DNA from: Candidatus Omnitrophota bacterium
GTDB lineage: Bacteria > Omnitrophota > Gorgyraeia > Duberdicusellales > 4484-171
DNA length: 59,545 nt
Reading direction: 5' to 3'
Assembly (NCBI GenBank): GCA_024231025.1
Contig: JAAEQW010000309.1
Location: 1 to 59,545, forward strand
Below are positions 1 to 12,187 of the stretch, one piece after another. Numbering within the stretch: the stretch's first letter is position 1; every line of letters starts with the position of its first letter. Position numbers and translations under genes: made by a program. The notes under the pieces are model-generated. The model saw only the letters and a list, made by a program, of their open reading frames with translations, did not search any database and had not been told where the DNA came from.

Positions 1-531
1 ATTCCGCCAACCGCCTATGCTCATTTGACAAAGGCTAATATTGACGACTGCGTTGAGTTGATCACATACCACTACTTAAGTCTCGATAAGAGCCGTGCAA
101 TACCGGTGATGATTGGTTTTTGTGACGAACTTGAACGTGATTTTTTTGAAAAATTTATTAGTGTTTCCGGAATTGGTCCGAAAGCTGCATTGCGTGCTTT
201 TGATAAGCCGATTCCCTTAATCGCGAAAGCGATCGAGAGCGGAGATTTAACTTTTTTGAAAACGTTGGCGGGGATTGGCGCTCAGAAAGCAAAACAGATT
301 GTGGCCCACTTACAAGGAAAAGTCGGTCGATTTGCTTTAATTAAAGATGAGCCGGCCATTACGCCGCAAAGAAATGAAATCGTAGAAGAGGCAAAGCAGG
401 TTTTAAAACGCTTGCAATACAATCCTAAAGAAGCAGAAGACATGGTTAAGCGCGCGTATGAGGCAAAACCAGATATTGATAATATTAGCGACTTTTTAAA
501 TGAAATATATCGTCAACGTAAAGTAATATGA
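1..531 (+). CDS. ruvA: Holliday junction branch migration protein RuvA (5' end lies outside the window)
   Basis: Frame open from base 1; HhH motifs VSGIGPKAA and LAGIGAQKA; C-terminal ..LKRLQYN..EA domain. Confidence 0.9.
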   Translation: MPPTAYAHLTKANIDDCVELITYHYLSLDKSRAIPVMIGFCDELERDFFEKFISVSGIGPKAALRAFDKPIPLIAKAIESGDLTFLKTLAGIGAQKAKQIVAHLQGKVGRFALIKDEPAITPQRNEIVEEAKQVLKRLQYNPKEAEDMVKRAYEAKPDIDNISDFLNEIYRQRKVI

Positions 532-1184
532 GCGAAGAATTAAACGACATTCAACTTAAAACGATACTTGAGTCAATTCTCTTTGTTAATGAGAATCCGG
601 TTGAGACTTCAGAGTTTGTTCAGGTTTTGAGTGTTGATAAAAAGAAAATCGAAAAATTATTAATCGAACTTGGCCAAGATTATAAGAGCCGCGCTTCTGG
701 AATTTGCGTGGTCAAAGTAGCTGGGGGATATCAAATGTGCTCATCCCCTGATAATGCTGCTTGGGTCAAAAAGATGTTTCGCGAGCGCACAAAACAAAAA
801 ATGTCGGTTGCCGGCCTTGAAACGTTGGCAATCATTGCCTATAAGCAACCAATAACCAGAATGGAGATTGAGGCAATTCGCGGTGTCAACGCCGATGGCG
901 TTACAAGAAATCTTCTCAGTCTTGGTTTAATAAAGACTGCCGGTCGAAAAGAAGTTCCGGGTAGACCATTTTTACACATAACAACACGTAAATTTTTGGA
1001 GTATTTTGGTCTTAACAGTGTAAAAGATTTACCAAAATTAGAGGAGTTCGCGGCTTTAGCCGAAAAAGACAGCATTGTTGATGAAATAATTCACGCCGAT
1101 GAAGCAGGCGAAGGAAATACTAGTGAACAAAATGAAAGCGTAGTTTGTCAGGAAACTAACAATCAAGGGGAGGCTGAAAAATGA
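528..1184 (+). CDS. scpB: SMC-Scp complex subunit ScpB
   Basis: [42 protein letters not shown] motifs. Confidence 0.95.
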   Translation: MSEELNDIQLKTILESILFVNENPVETSEFVQVLSVDKKKIEKLLIELGQDYKSRASGICVVKVAGGYQMCSSPDNAAWVKKMFRERTKQKMSVAGLETLAIIAYKQPITRMEIEAIRGVNADGVTRNLLSLGLIKTAGRKEVPGRPFLHITTRKFLEYFGLNSVKDLPKLEEFAALAEKDSIVDEIIHADEAGEGNTSEQNESVVCQETNNQGEAEK

Positions 1185-2284
1185 AATGTTATTTTACATC
1201 TGAATCTGTAGGGCATGGACATCCGGATAAAGTGTCAGACGCGATTTCCGATGCGGTATTGGATAAAATGCTAGAACAGGATCCAAAATCACGTGTTGCA
1301 TGTGAAACAATGTGCGCAAAAGGAACAATTGTTGTTTCCGGTGAGGTTACAACTCAAGCATATGTGGATGTCCAACGTGTGGTTGCTGATACTTTAACGC
1401 GTATTGGCTACAATGCGGATAATTTCGGTGTCCTAACTTCAATTCATACTCAATCACCGGATATCGCTCAGGGTGTTGACACCGGTGGAGCAGGTGATCA
1501 GGGCTTAATGTTTGGATATGCCTGTAAGCAAACCGAAGAATTGATGCCGTTGCCGATTAGTTTGGCTCATAAACTGGTTAAAACCCTTGACGAATACGGA
1601 CGTGGTACCGAATATTTACGACCGGATACAAAATCTCAGGTAACTATTGAGTATGAAGGTAAAGAACCGAAAAGAATTGAGGCGGTTGTTGTTGCGGCGT
1701 CGCATGATTCAACAGTTACTATGGATCAACTGCGTAAGGATATTCGTAAAAATGTAATTGATAAAGTTATCCCAGAAAAAATGATCGATAGCGATACCAA
1801 ATTCCATATTAACGCAACTGGTCGCTTTGAAGAACACGGTCCGGCGGCTGATGTTGGTTTAACTGGTCGCAAAATCATTGTTGATACTTATGGTGGGTGG
1901 TCACGTCACGGTGGAGGAGCGTTTTCCGGAAAAGATTCCACAAAAGTTGACCGTTCTGCCGCTTATATGGCGCGCTATATTGCAAAAAACATTGTTGCTG
2001 CTGATCTAGCTGATGAAGTAGAAATACAACTTGCTTATTGCATTGGTGTTGCTGAACCGGTTTCGGTTATGGTTGATAGCTTTGGAACCGGAAAAATCGA
2101 CGACAAAAAGCTTTCAGAAGCGGTAAGAGAGGTTTTTCCGCTATGCCCGCAGAAAATTATTGAACATTTAGAGCTTCGTAAGCCAGTTTTTGCTAAAACA
2201 TCGGCTTATGGACATTTTGGCAATCCTAACTTTCGTTGGGAAAAAGTTGATAAGGTTGAAGAACTTAAAAAAGCTGTTAAATAA
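1181..2284 (+). CDS. metK: S-adenosylmethionine synthetase
   Basis: [32 protein letters not shown]. Confidence 0.98.
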   Translation: MKCYFTSESVGHGHPDKVSDAISDAVLDKMLEQDPKSRVACETMCAKGTIVVSGEVTTQAYVDVQRVVADTLTRIGYNADNFGVLTSIHTQSPDIAQGVDTGGAGDQGLMFGYACKQTEELMPLPISLAHKLVKTLDEYGRGTEYLRPDTKSQVTIEYEGKEPKRIEAVVVAASHDSTVTMDQLRKDIRKNVIDKVIPEKMIDSDTKFHINATGRFEEHGPAADVGLTGRKIIVDTYGGWSRHGGGAFSGKDSTKVDRSAAYMARYIAKNIVAADLADEVEIQLAYCIGVAEPVSVMVDSFGTGKIDDKKLSEAVREVFPLCPQKIIEHLELRKPVFAKTSAYGHFGNPNFRWEKVDKVEELKKAVK

Positions 2285-2298
2285 ACCCCGGAGGAGTA

Positions 2299-3696
2299 AT
2301 GCAGGATTATAAAGTTGCGGATATTAATTTAGCTGATTTTGGCCGTCGAGAAATTGAGATTGCCGAGTTGGAAATGCCGGGTCTTATGGCGATTCGCCAA
2401 AAATACGGAAAAGAAAAACCGTTAAAAGATTTGCGAATTATGGGGTCGTTGCATATGACGGTTCAGACCGCTGTTTTAATTGAAACGCTAGTTGCTCTTG
2501 GCGCTGATGTGCGCTGGGCATCTTGTAATATTTTTTCAACTCAAGATCATGCTGCTGCGGCTATTGCTAAAACCGGCGTGCCTGTTTTTGCATGGAAGGG
2601 GGAAACCTTAGAAGAATATTGGCAATGTGCGCTCGCGGCTCTTTCTTTTTCGGGCGGTAAAGGACCGGAGCTTATTGTGGACGATGGCGGTGATGCAACT
2701 TTGCTTATTCATCTTGGCTACAAAGGTGAGAATGATGCATCTGTCTTAGACAAAAAACCTTCAAGTACCGAAGAGGGTGTAATTCTTCAGCTATTAAAGC
2801 AGGAATTAAAAAATGATCCTGATAAATGGCATCGTTTTGTTAAAGAGTGGAAAGGTGTTTCCGAAGAAACAACAACCGGTGTTCATCGTCTTTACCAAAT
2901 GCTTGAGAACAAAGAACTTCTTGTTCCGGCAATTAATGTGAATGATTCTGTAACAAAATCAAAGTTTGATAATCTATATGGTTGTCGTGAATCATTGGCC
3001 GACGGTATTAAGCGTGCTACTGATGTTATGGTAGCCGGAAAGGTGGTTTGTGTTGTTGGCTATGGTGACGTTGGAAAAGGGTGCGCTCAGTCGATGAAGG
3101 GTTTTGGTGCACGAGTGCTAATTACTGAAATTGATCCCATTTGCGCGCTTCAAGCGGCTTTAGAGGGGTTTGAAGTTACAACAGTAGAGGACGCGCTAGC
3201 GCAAGCTAATATTTTTGTGACCGCAACGGGTAATGAATCGGTTATTACAATTGAACATATGCGAAACATGAAGGATCAAGCTATTCTTTGTAATATTGGT
3301 CATTTTGATTCAGAAATCGAGGTCGACAAGTTATTCAGTGAAAAAGATATTAAGCGAGTTGAAATCAAACCCCAAGTTGATAAATTTACCTTTCCCGATA
3401 ACCATTCAATTTATTTATTAGCTGAGGGCAGACTTGTAAACCTTGGTTGTGCCACGGGGCATCCATCATTTGTTATGTCGAACTCATTCACTAATCAAGT
3501 GCTTGCACAAATAGATTTGGTAAAAAATAATTATGAGATTGGTGTATATCGATTATCAAAAAAACTTGATGAAGAAGTTGCTAGGCTTCACTTGGATAAA
3601 TTGGGAGTTAAACTAACGCAACTTACTTTGCGTCAAGCAGAATACATCGGAGTTAAAATCGATGGACCATATAAACCGGAGCACTATCGATACTAA
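2299..3696 (+). CDS. ahcY: Adenosylhomocysteinase
   Basis: [42 protein letters not shown]; GGAG SD upstream. Confidence 0.98.
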   Translation: MQDYKVADINLADFGRREIEIAELEMPGLMAIRQKYGKEKPLKDLRIMGSLHMTVQTAVLIETLVALGADVRWASCNIFSTQDHAAAAIAKTGVPVFAWKGETLEEYWQCALAALSFSGGKGPELIVDDGGDATLLIHLGYKGENDASVLDKKPSSTEEGVILQLLKQELKNDPDKWHRFVKEWKGVSEETTTGVHRLYQMLENKELLVPAINVNDSVTKSKFDNLYGCRESLADGIKRATDVMVAGKVVCVVGYGDVGKGCAQSMKGFGARVLITEIDPICALQAALEGFEVTTVEDALAQANIFVTATGNESVITIEHMRNMKDQAILCNIGHFDSEIEVDKLFSEKDIKRVEIKPQVDKFTFPDNHSIYLLAEGRLVNLGCATGHPSFVMSNSFTNQVLAQIDLVKNNYEIGVYRLSKKLDEEVARLHLDKLGVKLTQLTLRQAEYIGVKIDGPYKPEHYRY

Positions 3697-3706
3697 AAAG
3701 TAAATT

Positions 3707-4660
3707 ATGAAAAAAATAGGAATTTTAACAAGAGATTGCGCGGGTGTTAATGCCTGCATTCGTTCGGTGGTTCGGGTTGCAGTTCATCAAGGTGTTGAAG
3801 TCCTGGGTGTTATGCGTGGATACGAAGGGTTAATCGACGGTGACTTTAAACAGCTTAATCGTCGTTCGGTTTCAGGGGTTATCGGTCTTGGCGGGACTAT
3901 TTTAAAGACAGCTCGTGCGAGTAGATTTCGAACTGAAAAATGGCAGATTGAGGCGGTTAAGAATATCAAAGATAATAATCTCGACGGTTTGATTGTTGTC
4001 GGAGGAAATGGTTCTTTGACTGCTGCACATATTTTAGCAAGCAAGTATGGCGTTCCATTGATTGGGATACCAGCAACAATTGATAATGATGTTAATGGTG
4101 TAAATGATACAATCGGAGCAGATACGGCAATTAACGTTGCGCTAGATGCACTAGATAAGATTCGCGACACTGCAACTTCTCTTGAGCGAATATTCGTTGT
4201 GGAGGTTATGGGGCGCGATTGCGGATATATTGCCTTGCAGGTTGCTTTAGCCGGAGGGTGTGAAGAGGTAATTTTGCCTGAGCGTGACTTTGATATTGAT
4301 GCAATGTGTGACGAGATCACCGCGGGAAACACGCGTGGTAAAGTGAGTTGGATAATTGCCGTGGCCGAGGGGAAAGCTAAAGCTTACGACATTGCCAATA
4401 AAATTAATGAAAAAACTGGCCTTGAAACCAGAGAGGTGGTTTTAGGTCATGTTCAACGAGGCGGAGCGCCTACTGCAAAAGATAGAATTTTAGCTGCTCG
4501 CTTAGGGCAGGCGGCGGTCAATAAATTGTTAAGTGGAGAAACCGACAAGTGCGTAACAATGTGTTGCGGCGAAACGAAAACGGTTTCGTTAGAAGAAGCA
4601 GTAAAGCCAAAAGCATTTAAGGTGGATTGCTGCTATCAACTAATAAAAATTCTTACATAA
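3707..4660 (+). CDS. pfkA: 6-phosphofructokinase (PfkA family) with an atypical N-terminal loop
   Basis: GGTIL.TAR, PATIDND, VEVMGR, LGHVQRGG.PT..DR. Confidence 0.9.
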   Translation: MKKIGILTRDCAGVNACIRSVVRVAVHQGVEVLGVMRGYEGLIDGDFKQLNRRSVSGVIGLGGTILKTARASRFRTEKWQIEAVKNIKDNNLDGLIVVGGNGSLTAAHILASKYGVPLIGIPATIDNDVNGVNDTIGADTAINVALDALDKIRDTATSLERIFVVEVMGRDCGYIALQVALAGGCEEVILPERDFDIDAMCDEITAGNTRGKVSWIIAVAEGKAKAYDIANKINEKTGLETREVVLGHVQRGGAPTAKDRILAARLGQAAVNKLLSGETDKCVTMCCGETKTVSLEEAVKPKAFKVDCCYQLIKILT

Positions 4661-4661
4661 T

Positions 4662-6041
4662 ATGGTAATTTACAAAAAAGTTGCTGACATATTTAACTCT
4701 GGCATTATTGCCCAAGAAAATGGCCAAATTGTAATTCAGGATCAGAGTCAGTTTAATGACATCATGATCGACGATTTAGCAACTACGATTGCTAAGAGTG
4801 ATGATCCAAACATGAAAAAAATCTGCTATTGGATTGCTCACCAGGCGGCAATAAGCAGAGGTGTGGTTTCCTCATCAATTCAAGGGCTTTACAGCGCGAT
4901 GGGGCAAAAAAAGATAGGCGGCTTTACAGTTCCAGCGATTAACATTAGAACTTTAACCTACGATGTTGCGCGAGCGGTATTTCGGTGCGTGAAAAAAATC
5001 AATGCCGGAGCTTTCATCTTTGAAATCGCAACAAGTGAAATTGCCTATACTCAACAATGTCCGATGGAATATACTTCTGCGATTCTTCTTGCTGCATTAA
5101 AGGAGAATTATCGTGGACCAATTTTTATTCTTGGTGATCATTTTCAGGTGAAAGTAAACAAATATTTAAAAAACAGCGAAACAGAAATCAAGTTGCTGCG
5201 AACTTTGATTGATGATGCTATTGACGCGGGATTTTACAATATTGATATTGATGCTTCAACTTTGGTTGATTTGTCTGAAGAAAATGTTGATATTCAGCAA
5301 GAATTAAATTGTGAAGTGTCGGCATTGTTTACTAAGCATATTCGATCAGTTCAGCCTGAAGGTATTGAAATTTCAATTGGTGCTGAAATTGGCGAAGTTG
5401 GTGAGAGAAATTCAACTTCAAGTGATCTTAAAGCATTTATGGAGCGCTATATGGTGTCGACAAGCAGCCTTAAAGGCTTGTCGAAAATGAGTATACAAAC
5501 GGGAACCAGTCACGGAGGTGTTGTGCTGCCGGATGGTTCAATCGCAAAAGTTAAAATTGATTTCGATACCTTAAGAAGGTTGTCTGAAATTTGTCGTTCT
5601 AATTATGCGTTGGCGGGTTGCGTTCAACATGGTGCGTCAACACTTCCTAATGAGGCATTTCATACTTTTCCGCAGGTTGGTTGTGCTGAAATTCACTTGG
5701 CAACACAGTTTCAAAATATCATATATGAGCATATGCCGATTTCGTTAAAGGGTAGGATTTATGATTGGCTGAAGGAGAATTGCGCTAACGAAAGAAAGCC
5801 TGGCCAAACGGATGATCAGTTTATATATAAAACCAGAAAAAAAGCTCTTGGGCCGTTTAAGAAAGAAATTTTTTCTCTTCCACAAGATTTAAAGGATAAG
5901 ATATCTACCGTGCTGGAAGGTGAATTTGATTTTATGTTTAGTCAGTTACAAATTAGTGACACAAGGGAAATTGTTGATAAATATACCGATGTTGTTGCCG
6001 TTAAACACAATAAAGAACATTTTTTAAAAGATAAAGAATGA
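4662..6041 (+). CDS. Class II fructose-bisphosphate aldolase, long form
   Basis: VPAIN.R, GDHFQ, IDIDAS, EIGEVG, GTSHGG, VQHGASTLP; follows pfkA. Confidence 0.85.
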   Translation: MVIYKKVADIFNSGIIAQENGQIVIQDQSQFNDIMIDDLATTIAKSDDPNMKKICYWIAHQAAISRGVVSSSIQGLYSAMGQKKIGGFTVPAINIRTLTYDVARAVFRCVKKINAGAFIFEIATSEIAYTQQCPMEYTSAILLAALKENYRGPIFILGDHFQVKVNKYLKNSETEIKLLRTLIDDAIDAGFYNIDIDASTLVDLSEENVDIQQELNCEVSALFTKHIRSVQPEGIEISIGAEIGEVGERNSTSSDLKAFMERYMVSTSSLKGLSKMSIQTGTSHGGVVLPDGSIAKVKIDFDTLRRLSEICRSNYALAGCVQHGASTLPNEAFHTFPQVGCAEIHLATQFQNIIYEHMPISLKGRIYDWLKENCANERKPGQTDDQFIYKTRKKALGPFKKEIFSLPQDLKDKISTVLEGEFDFMFSQLQISDTREIVDKYTDVVAVKHNKEHFLKDKE

Positions 6042-6181
6042 AATTCCAAATCACAAGCCACAAATTACGAATCACAAATGATACTCAGTTCCGAATTACC
6101 AAATAATTAAAACTGTTTGGGAAATTGGATTTATTGGTTATTGTGATTTGCTTGTAACTTGTGTATTGTATATTGTAATTT
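6041..6181. repeat. Intergenic heptamer-repeat imperfect hairpin
   Basis: Left arm AAATTCC AAATCAC AAGCCAC AAATTAC GAATCAC; right arm TTGTGATT..TTGTAAC TTGTGTA TTGTATA TTGTAAT. Confidence 0.65.
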
Positions 6182-6211
6182 TTGACAGAATGCTTTTAAG
6201 TAAGGGGGAAC

Positions 6212-7891
6212 ATGAAACCAGCAAAAAAAATCACAACAGCGTCATCAAAAATGAAAAAGGGTCTTGAACGGATGCCTAATCGTGCGCTGCTTTATGGGAC
6301 GGGGCTTCATTCTTCGCATATGAAGCGGCCGTTTATTGGTATTGCTTCTTCTTTTACCGATATTATTCCTGGACACACAAATATGCGCACTCTTGAACGG
6401 TATATTGAACGAGGCATCGAGAATAAAAATGGAACACCTTTTATTTTTGGTGTACCTGGCATTTGTGACGGTATTGCGATGGGTCATGCCGGAATGAAGC
6501 AGTCGCTTCCTTCGCGGGAATTAATTGCCGATATCATTGAAAGCATTACTTCTGCGCATGCGCTTGACGGTTTAGTGCTGCTTACCAATTGTGATAAAAT
6601 TACTCCCGGAATGGTTATGGGTGCTTTGCGCCTTAATATTCCGACTATTGTTGTGACTGCTGGTCCAATGCTTGGTGGGCACCACGGCAGAAAGAGGCTT
6701 TCGTTGGTTCGTGATACATTTGAAGCTGTCGGGCGGTTTAAATCTGGTGAAATGGATGAATCTGAGAGAAAAGCATTAGAGACCGAAGCTTGCCCGTCTT
6801 GTGGGTCATGTCAGGGGATGTATACCGCAAACACGATGGCGTGTTTAGTTGAGGCAATGGGCATGTCACTGCCGCATTGTGCGGCTACTCCTGCTGTATT
6901 TAACCGAAAGACACGCATTGCCTATGAAAGTGGGCAAAAAATAGTTAATTTGGTTGAAAAGGATGTTAAATCTCGCAACATCGTGAATAAAAAATCATTA
7001 GAGAACGCAATTATGGCTGACATGGCGTTGGGTGGATCTACCAATTCGGTATTACACCTAATGGCAATTGCTCATGAAGCGAAAGTGAAGCTTGATTTAA
7101 GTGATTTTCACCGCATAAGTGAACAAACTTTTCACCTTGCCAACTTGCGTCCGGGTGGCGAACACTTTATGGAAGATCTCAACAACGCTGGTGGTATTCC
7201 TGCAATATTGCAGCGCTTATTTGAGAAATTGCAAGACAACCCAACCGTTTCTGGTAAAAAAATTAAACAAATTGCTCAAGAAGCAATTATATATGATAAT
7301 GATGTTATTCGTTCGATGCATAATCCATATCATAAAAAAGGTGGAATTGCTATTTTATATGGTAATTTAGCCGAAGATGGCTGCGTTATTAAGCAGTCGG
7401 CGGTTGAACCTGATACAATGAAGTTTACAGGCTTTGCTCATGTATTTAATTCAGAAGAAGAAGCAATGCACGCGATTTTAGGAAAAAAAATAAAAAAAGG
7501 CGAGGTTGTGGTTATACGCTATGAGGGTCCTTCAGGGGGGCCGGGCATGAGGGAGATGCTTTCTCCAACATCAGCAATTGTTGGTATGGGGTTGCATAAG
7601 TCAGTTGCTTTAATCACCGATGGTCGGTTTTCCGGTGGAACACGCGGTCCATGCGTTGGGCATATTTCACCTGAAGCAGCTGCCGGGGGGCTTTTAGCTT
7701 ACTTAAAAAATGGTGACGTAATTACAATTGATATAAAAAAACAAAGAATTGCCGTGAAACTAAGCGATAAAGAGATAGAGCAGCGCAAAAAGAAAATAAA
7801 AGTTTTGCCACCCAAAGCTAAAACCGGATATTTGTCTCGCTACTCTAAGATGGTAACGTCTGCATCAACCGGAGCAGTATTTAAAGATTAG
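6212..7891 (+). CDS. ilvD: Dihydroxy-acid dehydratase
   Basis: [47 protein letters not shown]. Confidence 0.97.
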   Translation: MKPAKKITTASSKMKKGLERMPNRALLYGTGLHSSHMKRPFIGIASSFTDIIPGHTNMRTLERYIERGIENKNGTPFIFGVPGICDGIAMGHAGMKQSLPSRELIADIIESITSAHALDGLVLLTNCDKITPGMVMGALRLNIPTIVVTAGPMLGGHHGRKRLSLVRDTFEAVGRFKSGEMDESERKALETEACPSCGSCQGMYTANTMACLVEAMGMSLPHCAATPAVFNRKTRIAYESGQKIVNLVEKDVKSRNIVNKKSLENAIMADMALGGSTNSVLHLMAIAHEAKVKLDLSDFHRISEQTFHLANLRPGGEHFMEDLNNAGGIPAILQRLFEKLQDNPTVSGKKIKQIAQEAIIYDNDVIRSMHNPYHKKGGIAILYGNLAEDGCVIKQSAVEPDTMKFTGFAHVFNSEEEAMHAILGKKIKKGEVVVIRYEGPSGGPGMREMLSPTSAIVGMGLHKSVALITDGRFSGGTRGPCVGHISPEAAAGGLLAYLKNGDVITIDIKKQRIAVKLSDKEIEQRKKKIKVLPPKAKTGYLSRYSKMVTSASTGAVFKD

Positions 7892-7904
7892 TTATAACTA
7901 CAAT

Positions 7905-8082
7905 TAAAAACTAAAAGCATAAAACGTAAAGCCATAATTCAAAGCTTAAAACTGTATTCGGAAAGTAAGCTATACGTGTGAAATGTGTTATAATTCAAAA
8001 ATCAGTTGAAAATATTGAGGTTTTAAGCGTTTTTAATTTCGAGCTATAGTTTTTCGCTTTTCGCTTTCAATTTTTAGTTTTC
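7905..8082. repeat. Intergenic heptamer-repeat imperfect hairpin
   Basis: AAAACTAAAA pairs with TTTTAGTTTT and GCTTAAAAC pairs with GTTTTAAGC; ~7-nt periodic arms (TTTTCGC TTTTCGC). Confidence 0.6.
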
Positions 8083-8132
8083 TGGAGTTGACCAGTAAAA
8101 ATTTTTTGGGAAAACTCCATTTATAATTACTA

Positions 8133-8161
8133 TTGACATTGTACTGGTGCTTTGATAACCT
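8133..8161 (+). promoter_or_regulatory. Sigma70-type promoter for mreB
   Basis: TTGACA-17 nt-TAACCT with extended -10 TG. Confidence 0.55.
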
Positions 8162-8170
8162 ATTTTTAGG

Positions 8171-9229
8171 ATGAAAACACGCAATATTATTATTAGAACA
8201 ATAAACGAACTGTTGGGAACATTCTCAAACGATGTCGGTATCGATTTGGGTACTGCAACTACTCTTGTTTATCTGCGAGGCGAAGGTATTGTTTTGTGTG
8301 AACCTTCAGTAGTTGCAATTTATAAAAATGCTGGAAATATCTTAGCGGTTGGTGAAGAAGCTAAAAGAATGCTTGGTAAAACACCTGGCAGTATTGTGGC
8401 CATTCGCCCGATGAAGGATGGTGTTATTGCTGACTTTGATATAACCGAAGAAATGCTGCGATACTTTATTCGAAAAGTGCACCCGCCACGTGTTTTTATT
8501 CGTCCAAGAATTGTTATTGCGGTTCCGTCAGGTATCACTGAGGTTGAAAAGCGAGCAGTTAAAGATTCAGCACTACGCGCTGGAGCAAGGGAAGTGATTC
8601 CACTGGAAGAGCCAATTGCTGCGGCGATCGGTGTAGGTTTGCCAATTGCTGAGCCACAGGGCAATATGATTATTGATATTGGCGGTGGAACAACTGAGAT
8701 TGCTGTAATTTCCTTAGGTGGTATAGTTTATGCTCGATCAATAAGAGTTGGTGGTGACGAAATGGATGAAGCGATTATCGAGCATATGAAAAAAACTTAC
8801 AATCTCATGATTGGCGTTAGAACTGCTGAAGAGATAAAGATTAAAGTTGGCTCGGCATGGCCCTTAGAAGAAGAGCTGACTATTGAAGTTAGGGGCCGAG
8901 ATTTGATTACCGGTTTACCTAAATTTATCAGAGCAAGCTCTGAAGAAATAAGAGAAGCCTTGCAGATCCCTCTAAAGGAGATTCTTGAGGCTACCAAAGT
9001 CACTCTAGAACGAACCCCTCCTGAATTAGCGGCTGATTTAATTGAGCGAGGAATTGTTTTATGCGGTGGGGGTTCATTGTTGCGTGGTTTAGATAAGTTA
9101 ATTTCAGAGGAGACAGGGTTGGCATCTTTTGTCGCCGATGATCCGCTAACTGCTGTAGCCCTGGGAACTGGAAAGATCCTCGAGGACCCAAAAATCCTAA
9201 AGAAGATTACCCTTGTATCTACCTTCTAA
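8171..9229 (+). CDS. mreB: Rod shape-determining actin homolog MreB
   Basis: [33 protein letters not shown]. Confidence 0.97.
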   Translation: MKTRNIIIRTINELLGTFSNDVGIDLGTATTLVYLRGEGIVLCEPSVVAIYKNAGNILAVGEEAKRMLGKTPGSIVAIRPMKDGVIADFDITEEMLRYFIRKVHPPRVFIRPRIVIAVPSGITEVEKRAVKDSALRAGAREVIPLEEPIAAAIGVGLPIAEPQGNMIIDIGGGTTEIAVISLGGIVYARSIRVGGDEMDEAIIEHMKKTYNLMIGVRTAEEIKIKVGSAWPLEEELTIEVRGRDLITGLPKFIRASSEEIREALQIPLKEILEATKVTLERTPPELAADLIERGIVLCGGGSLLRGLDKLISEETGLASFVADDPLTAVALGTGKILEDPKILKKITLVSTF

Positions 9230-9938
9230 AATACGATCCAAATATGTAGCGGTCGCTGCCCTTTTCGCTCTTCTTCTGCTTGTGCCTTTTAAAAATACAG
9301 TTCAGAATTTGTTTATATTTTTCTCTCAAAAATTTACAGTTAGCTCCAACAAAATCGATGCAAAGCTTACCGAATTAAAGAAACAAAACCTAAAGCTATC
9401 CTTAAAGCTCAGTGAATATCAGGATTTGGCCCAAGAGAATCAAAAGTTAAAAAAAGCATTAAATTTTAAAACCGACAAAGCATTAGAGTTAATCGGAGGT
9501 GAGATCATTTCATTTGATCCTTCCAGCTGGCGAAGGGTAGTTGCGATTAATATCGGAGAAAAAAACGGATTAAGCGAAGGTCTGTATGCGGTAGATGAAG
9601 GAGGTTGGCTGGTAGGTAAAATAACTTTGGTTAAGAAAAATTACTCAAGGCTAGTGTTCATTACTGATCCAGATTTTCGAATGCCTGTTTTTGTGGGCGA
9701 TAGTTCGTTTGGGTTTTTGCAAGGCGGCTTAGGGCAGATAAAGGTTCTTTATATTGAGAGCAATGACTCTGTTAAAAAAGGCGATAAGGTATGGTTTAGA
9801 ACACCTGTTTCTGCAATGCCGATATACATTGGTGAGATCCGAAATGTTAAAAAAACTTCAGATAGTCTTTTTCAGGATATCGACGTTAAGCTTTATTCTG
9901 AGGATACAGTATTTAGAAAAATATTCGTTATTAAATAA
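9213..9938 (+). CDS. mreC: Rod shape-determining protein MreC
   Basis: N-terminal TM, coiled coil ending EN.KLK..L, IN.G...G, LVGKI; lies after mreB. Confidence 0.85.
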   Translation: MYLPSKIRSKYVAVAALFALLLLVPFKNTVQNLFIFFSQKFTVSSNKIDAKLTELKKQNLKLSLKLSEYQDLAQENQKLKKALNFKTDKALELIGGEIISFDPSSWRRVVAINIGEKNGLSEGLYAVDEGGWLVGKITLVKKNYSRLVFITDPDFRMPVFVGDSSFGFLQGGLGQIKVLYIESNDSVKKGDKVWFRTPVSAMPIYIGEIRNVKKTSDSLFQDIDVKLYSEDTVFRKIFVIK

Positions 9939-10441
9939 TGCCATATAATAATATTTTCTCTAGCGCAGAAAAAGTTTTTAATATGAAGGAAAGGTATATA
10001 AGAATTATTCTTATATATTTTATTCTTTTATTAGTTGATTTAGTAAAACCTTTTGGTTATTCGTTGAATGTAGAATTTCTTTTTCTTGGTATTGTTTCGG
10101 TGTTTTTAATTTATCCATATTTTCCGGCGTTGGCCTGGGGTGGCATTTTCGGGTATTTTAAAGATGCGGTTTCCGGTGGTGGTGTACCACTTAATTTGAT
10201 CGAGTTTTTTTGCCTTTTTATGGTGATTCGTTTTGCTCTGCATAAGTTAAACAGAAAATTTGCTAAAGTGTTATTGATTTCTGTGATTCTTATAGTGCAT
10301 ATTATAATGCATAGTTTATATGTTGATATGTTCTCATTTGGTGGGGCGTTGATTTTCTTTATACAGTCAATTGTAATCTTCTTTCCTTTAAACTACTTAT
10401 TACGAAAATGGATGAAAATTTCACCCGTAGGGTATATTTAG
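9938..10441 (+). CDS. mreD: Probable MreD membrane protein (alternative start 9983)
   Basis: Multi-TM protein with G.F.D motif between mreC and mrdA. Confidence 0.6.
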   Translation: MPYNNIFSSAEKVFNMKERYIRIILIYFILLLVDLVKPFGYSLNVEFLFLGIVSVFLIYPYFPALAWGGIFGYFKDAVSGGGVPLNLIEFFCLFMVIRFALHKLNRKFAKVLLISVILIVHIIMHSLYVDMFSFGGALIFFIQSIVIFFPLNYLLRKWMKISPVGYI

Positions 10442-12099
10442 GCGGTTTCTTAATTCTTGTTTTCTCTCTTTTTTACTATCAAGTTATTAAAGGAGATTAC
10501 TATTTAAGCCGAGCAAAAAATAATTATGTACGTGCCATTCCTATACGCTCTATTCGTGGGCAGATTCTTGATCGCAATGCAGTAGCATTAGCTCGTGATC
10601 GAGCAGCTTACAATATTGCTGTTATTCCTTATCAAATCATTAAAAACAAAGATGCTGCGTTTGGAAAGATAGCTGATTTTTTAGGAGTTGATTTAAAAAG
10701 CATTAAACGTAATTATAAGCGTGGCGTAACAGGAATGTTTAGCCCGGTTGATGTGGTTACCGACGTAGATAAAAAAGAAGCTCTCACGCTTAAGGAAAAA
10801 TATCCTACCGATATAACCATTAACTCTCAACCACAGCGTTATTATCCGTATAGCTATGAGTGCTCACATATTCTAGGATACGTTAAAAGTGCAAGTGCCT
10901 TTTACGATGACTTAAAAAAGTACGGTTATACCCCCCTTGAACGAGCAGGATTTTCCGGTTTGGAACAATATTACGATGTTTACCTAAAAGGTGAAGATGG
11001 TGGTGATCTAATCGAAGTTGATTCGGTTGGCAGAACGGTTGGTTTTTTGGGTAAACGAAAGCCCACCAAAGGCAAGGATATCTATATAACGATTGATTCA
11101 CGAATTCAGAATATTATTCATCGACACATAAAGAACCGGCGAGGAACTGTGATAGTTATGAATTCAGATACCGGTGAAATAATAAGTCTTGTGTCGTCGC
11201 CGTCCTATGACGCAAATCAATTTATTGTCGGACGTGGTGTAGGTAAATTTTTTACCGACAGCAATAAACCACTACTTAACCGTGCTATACAGGCAACGTA
11301 TCCGCTGGGATCAACATTTAAACCAATTATGGCCACTGCTGGTTTGGAAGAAATGAAAATTACACCGTTTACGCCTTTTATGTGTAACGGATCACTAAAA
11401 TTGGGTCGCGCGCGTTTTCGTTGTTGGAGCACTCACGGAAAACAAGATTTGTATCGTGCTCTTGCGCATTCGTGCAATGTGTATTTCTATAATCTAGGTT
11501 TAATTTTAGAGGCCGATGCTATTTCTCTTTGGGCTAAAAGGTTTCACCTTGATGCACTAACTGAAATCGATTTACCTTACGAGAAAAAAGGTTTTGTTCC
11601 TAGCGAAGGGTGGAAGCGAAGCGAAATGAATACTGCTTGGTACGGAGGAGACACGGTAAATTTTTCGATTGGTCAGGGGTTTATGGAAGGCTCACCGATT
11701 GCGTTGCTCGTTGCGATTAATGCATTTGCGGTAAATGGTTATATTGTAAAGCCGTATTTATTAAAATCGGTTGGTGGGATTGAGTCTCGCTTAGTTGAGC
11801 GAGTTAATATTGGCATACCAAGAAAAACACTTGATGTAGTGCGAAAAGGTATTAAGATGGTTGTCCACTCGCCAAGTGGTACTGCTCGCAAGCTTAAGGG
11901 GCTTGGGCTTGGCATTTCCGGTAAAACTGGAACCGCGCAAACAAATGGCAAATCACATGGTTGGTTTGCTGGGTTTTTCGAATACAATAAAACTAAATAT
12001 AGTTTTTGTGTGTTTTTGGAAAATTCCGGATCAAGCCATTTTGCGGTAGACTTAAGTTATGATTTTTTAAAAGAATTAAAAGAAAAGAAACTCCTTTAA
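10408..12099 (+). CDS. mrdA: Penicillin-binding protein 2
   Basis: RG.ILDRN, STFK (SxxK), SCN (SxN), KTGTAQ. Confidence 0.93.
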   Translation: MDENFTRRVYLGGFLILVFSLFYYQVIKGDYYLSRAKNNYVRAIPIRSIRGQILDRNAVALARDRAAYNIAVIPYQIIKNKDAAFGKIADFLGVDLKSIKRNYKRGVTGMFSPVDVVTDVDKKEALTLKEKYPTDITINSQPQRYYPYSYECSHILGYVKSASAFYDDLKKYGYTPLERAGFSGLEQYYDVYLKGEDGGDLIEVDSVGRTVGFLGKRKPTKGKDIYITIDSRIQNIIHRHIKNRRGTVIVMNSDTGEIISLVSSPSYDANQFIVGRGVGKFFTDSNKPLLNRAIQATYPLGSTFKPIMATAGLEEMKITPFTPFMCNGSLKLGRARFRCWSTHGKQDLYRALAHSCNVYFYNLGLILEADAISLWAKRFHLDALTEIDLPYEKKGFVPSEGWKRSEMNTAWYGGDTVNFSIGQGFMEGSPIALLVAINAFAVNGYIVKPYLLKSVGGIESRLVERVNIGIPRKTLDVVRKGIKMVVHSPSGTARKLKGLGLGISGKTGTAQTNGKSHGWFAGFFEYNKTKYSFCVFLENSGSSHFAVDLSYDFLKELKEKKLL

Positions 12100-12150
12100 A
12101 ATTATGTATTATTAATTATGGTGTGAAATTAAGTTTTTTTGTATTTTCCG

Positions 12151-12184
12151 AACTTAAAACTTACAACTTATAACTTAAAACTAA
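12151..12184 (+). repeat. Heptamer tandem repeat (AACTTAN)x4-5
   Basis: AACTTAA AACTTAC AACTTAT AACTTAA AACTAA just upstream of rodA. Confidence 0.7.
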
Positions 12185-12187
12185 TTT

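Noticed and set aside
1-1184. ruvA followed by scpB rather than ruvB (and no adjacent scpA)
   Set aside because: The window edge hides upstream context; simple gene-order rearrangement is common.
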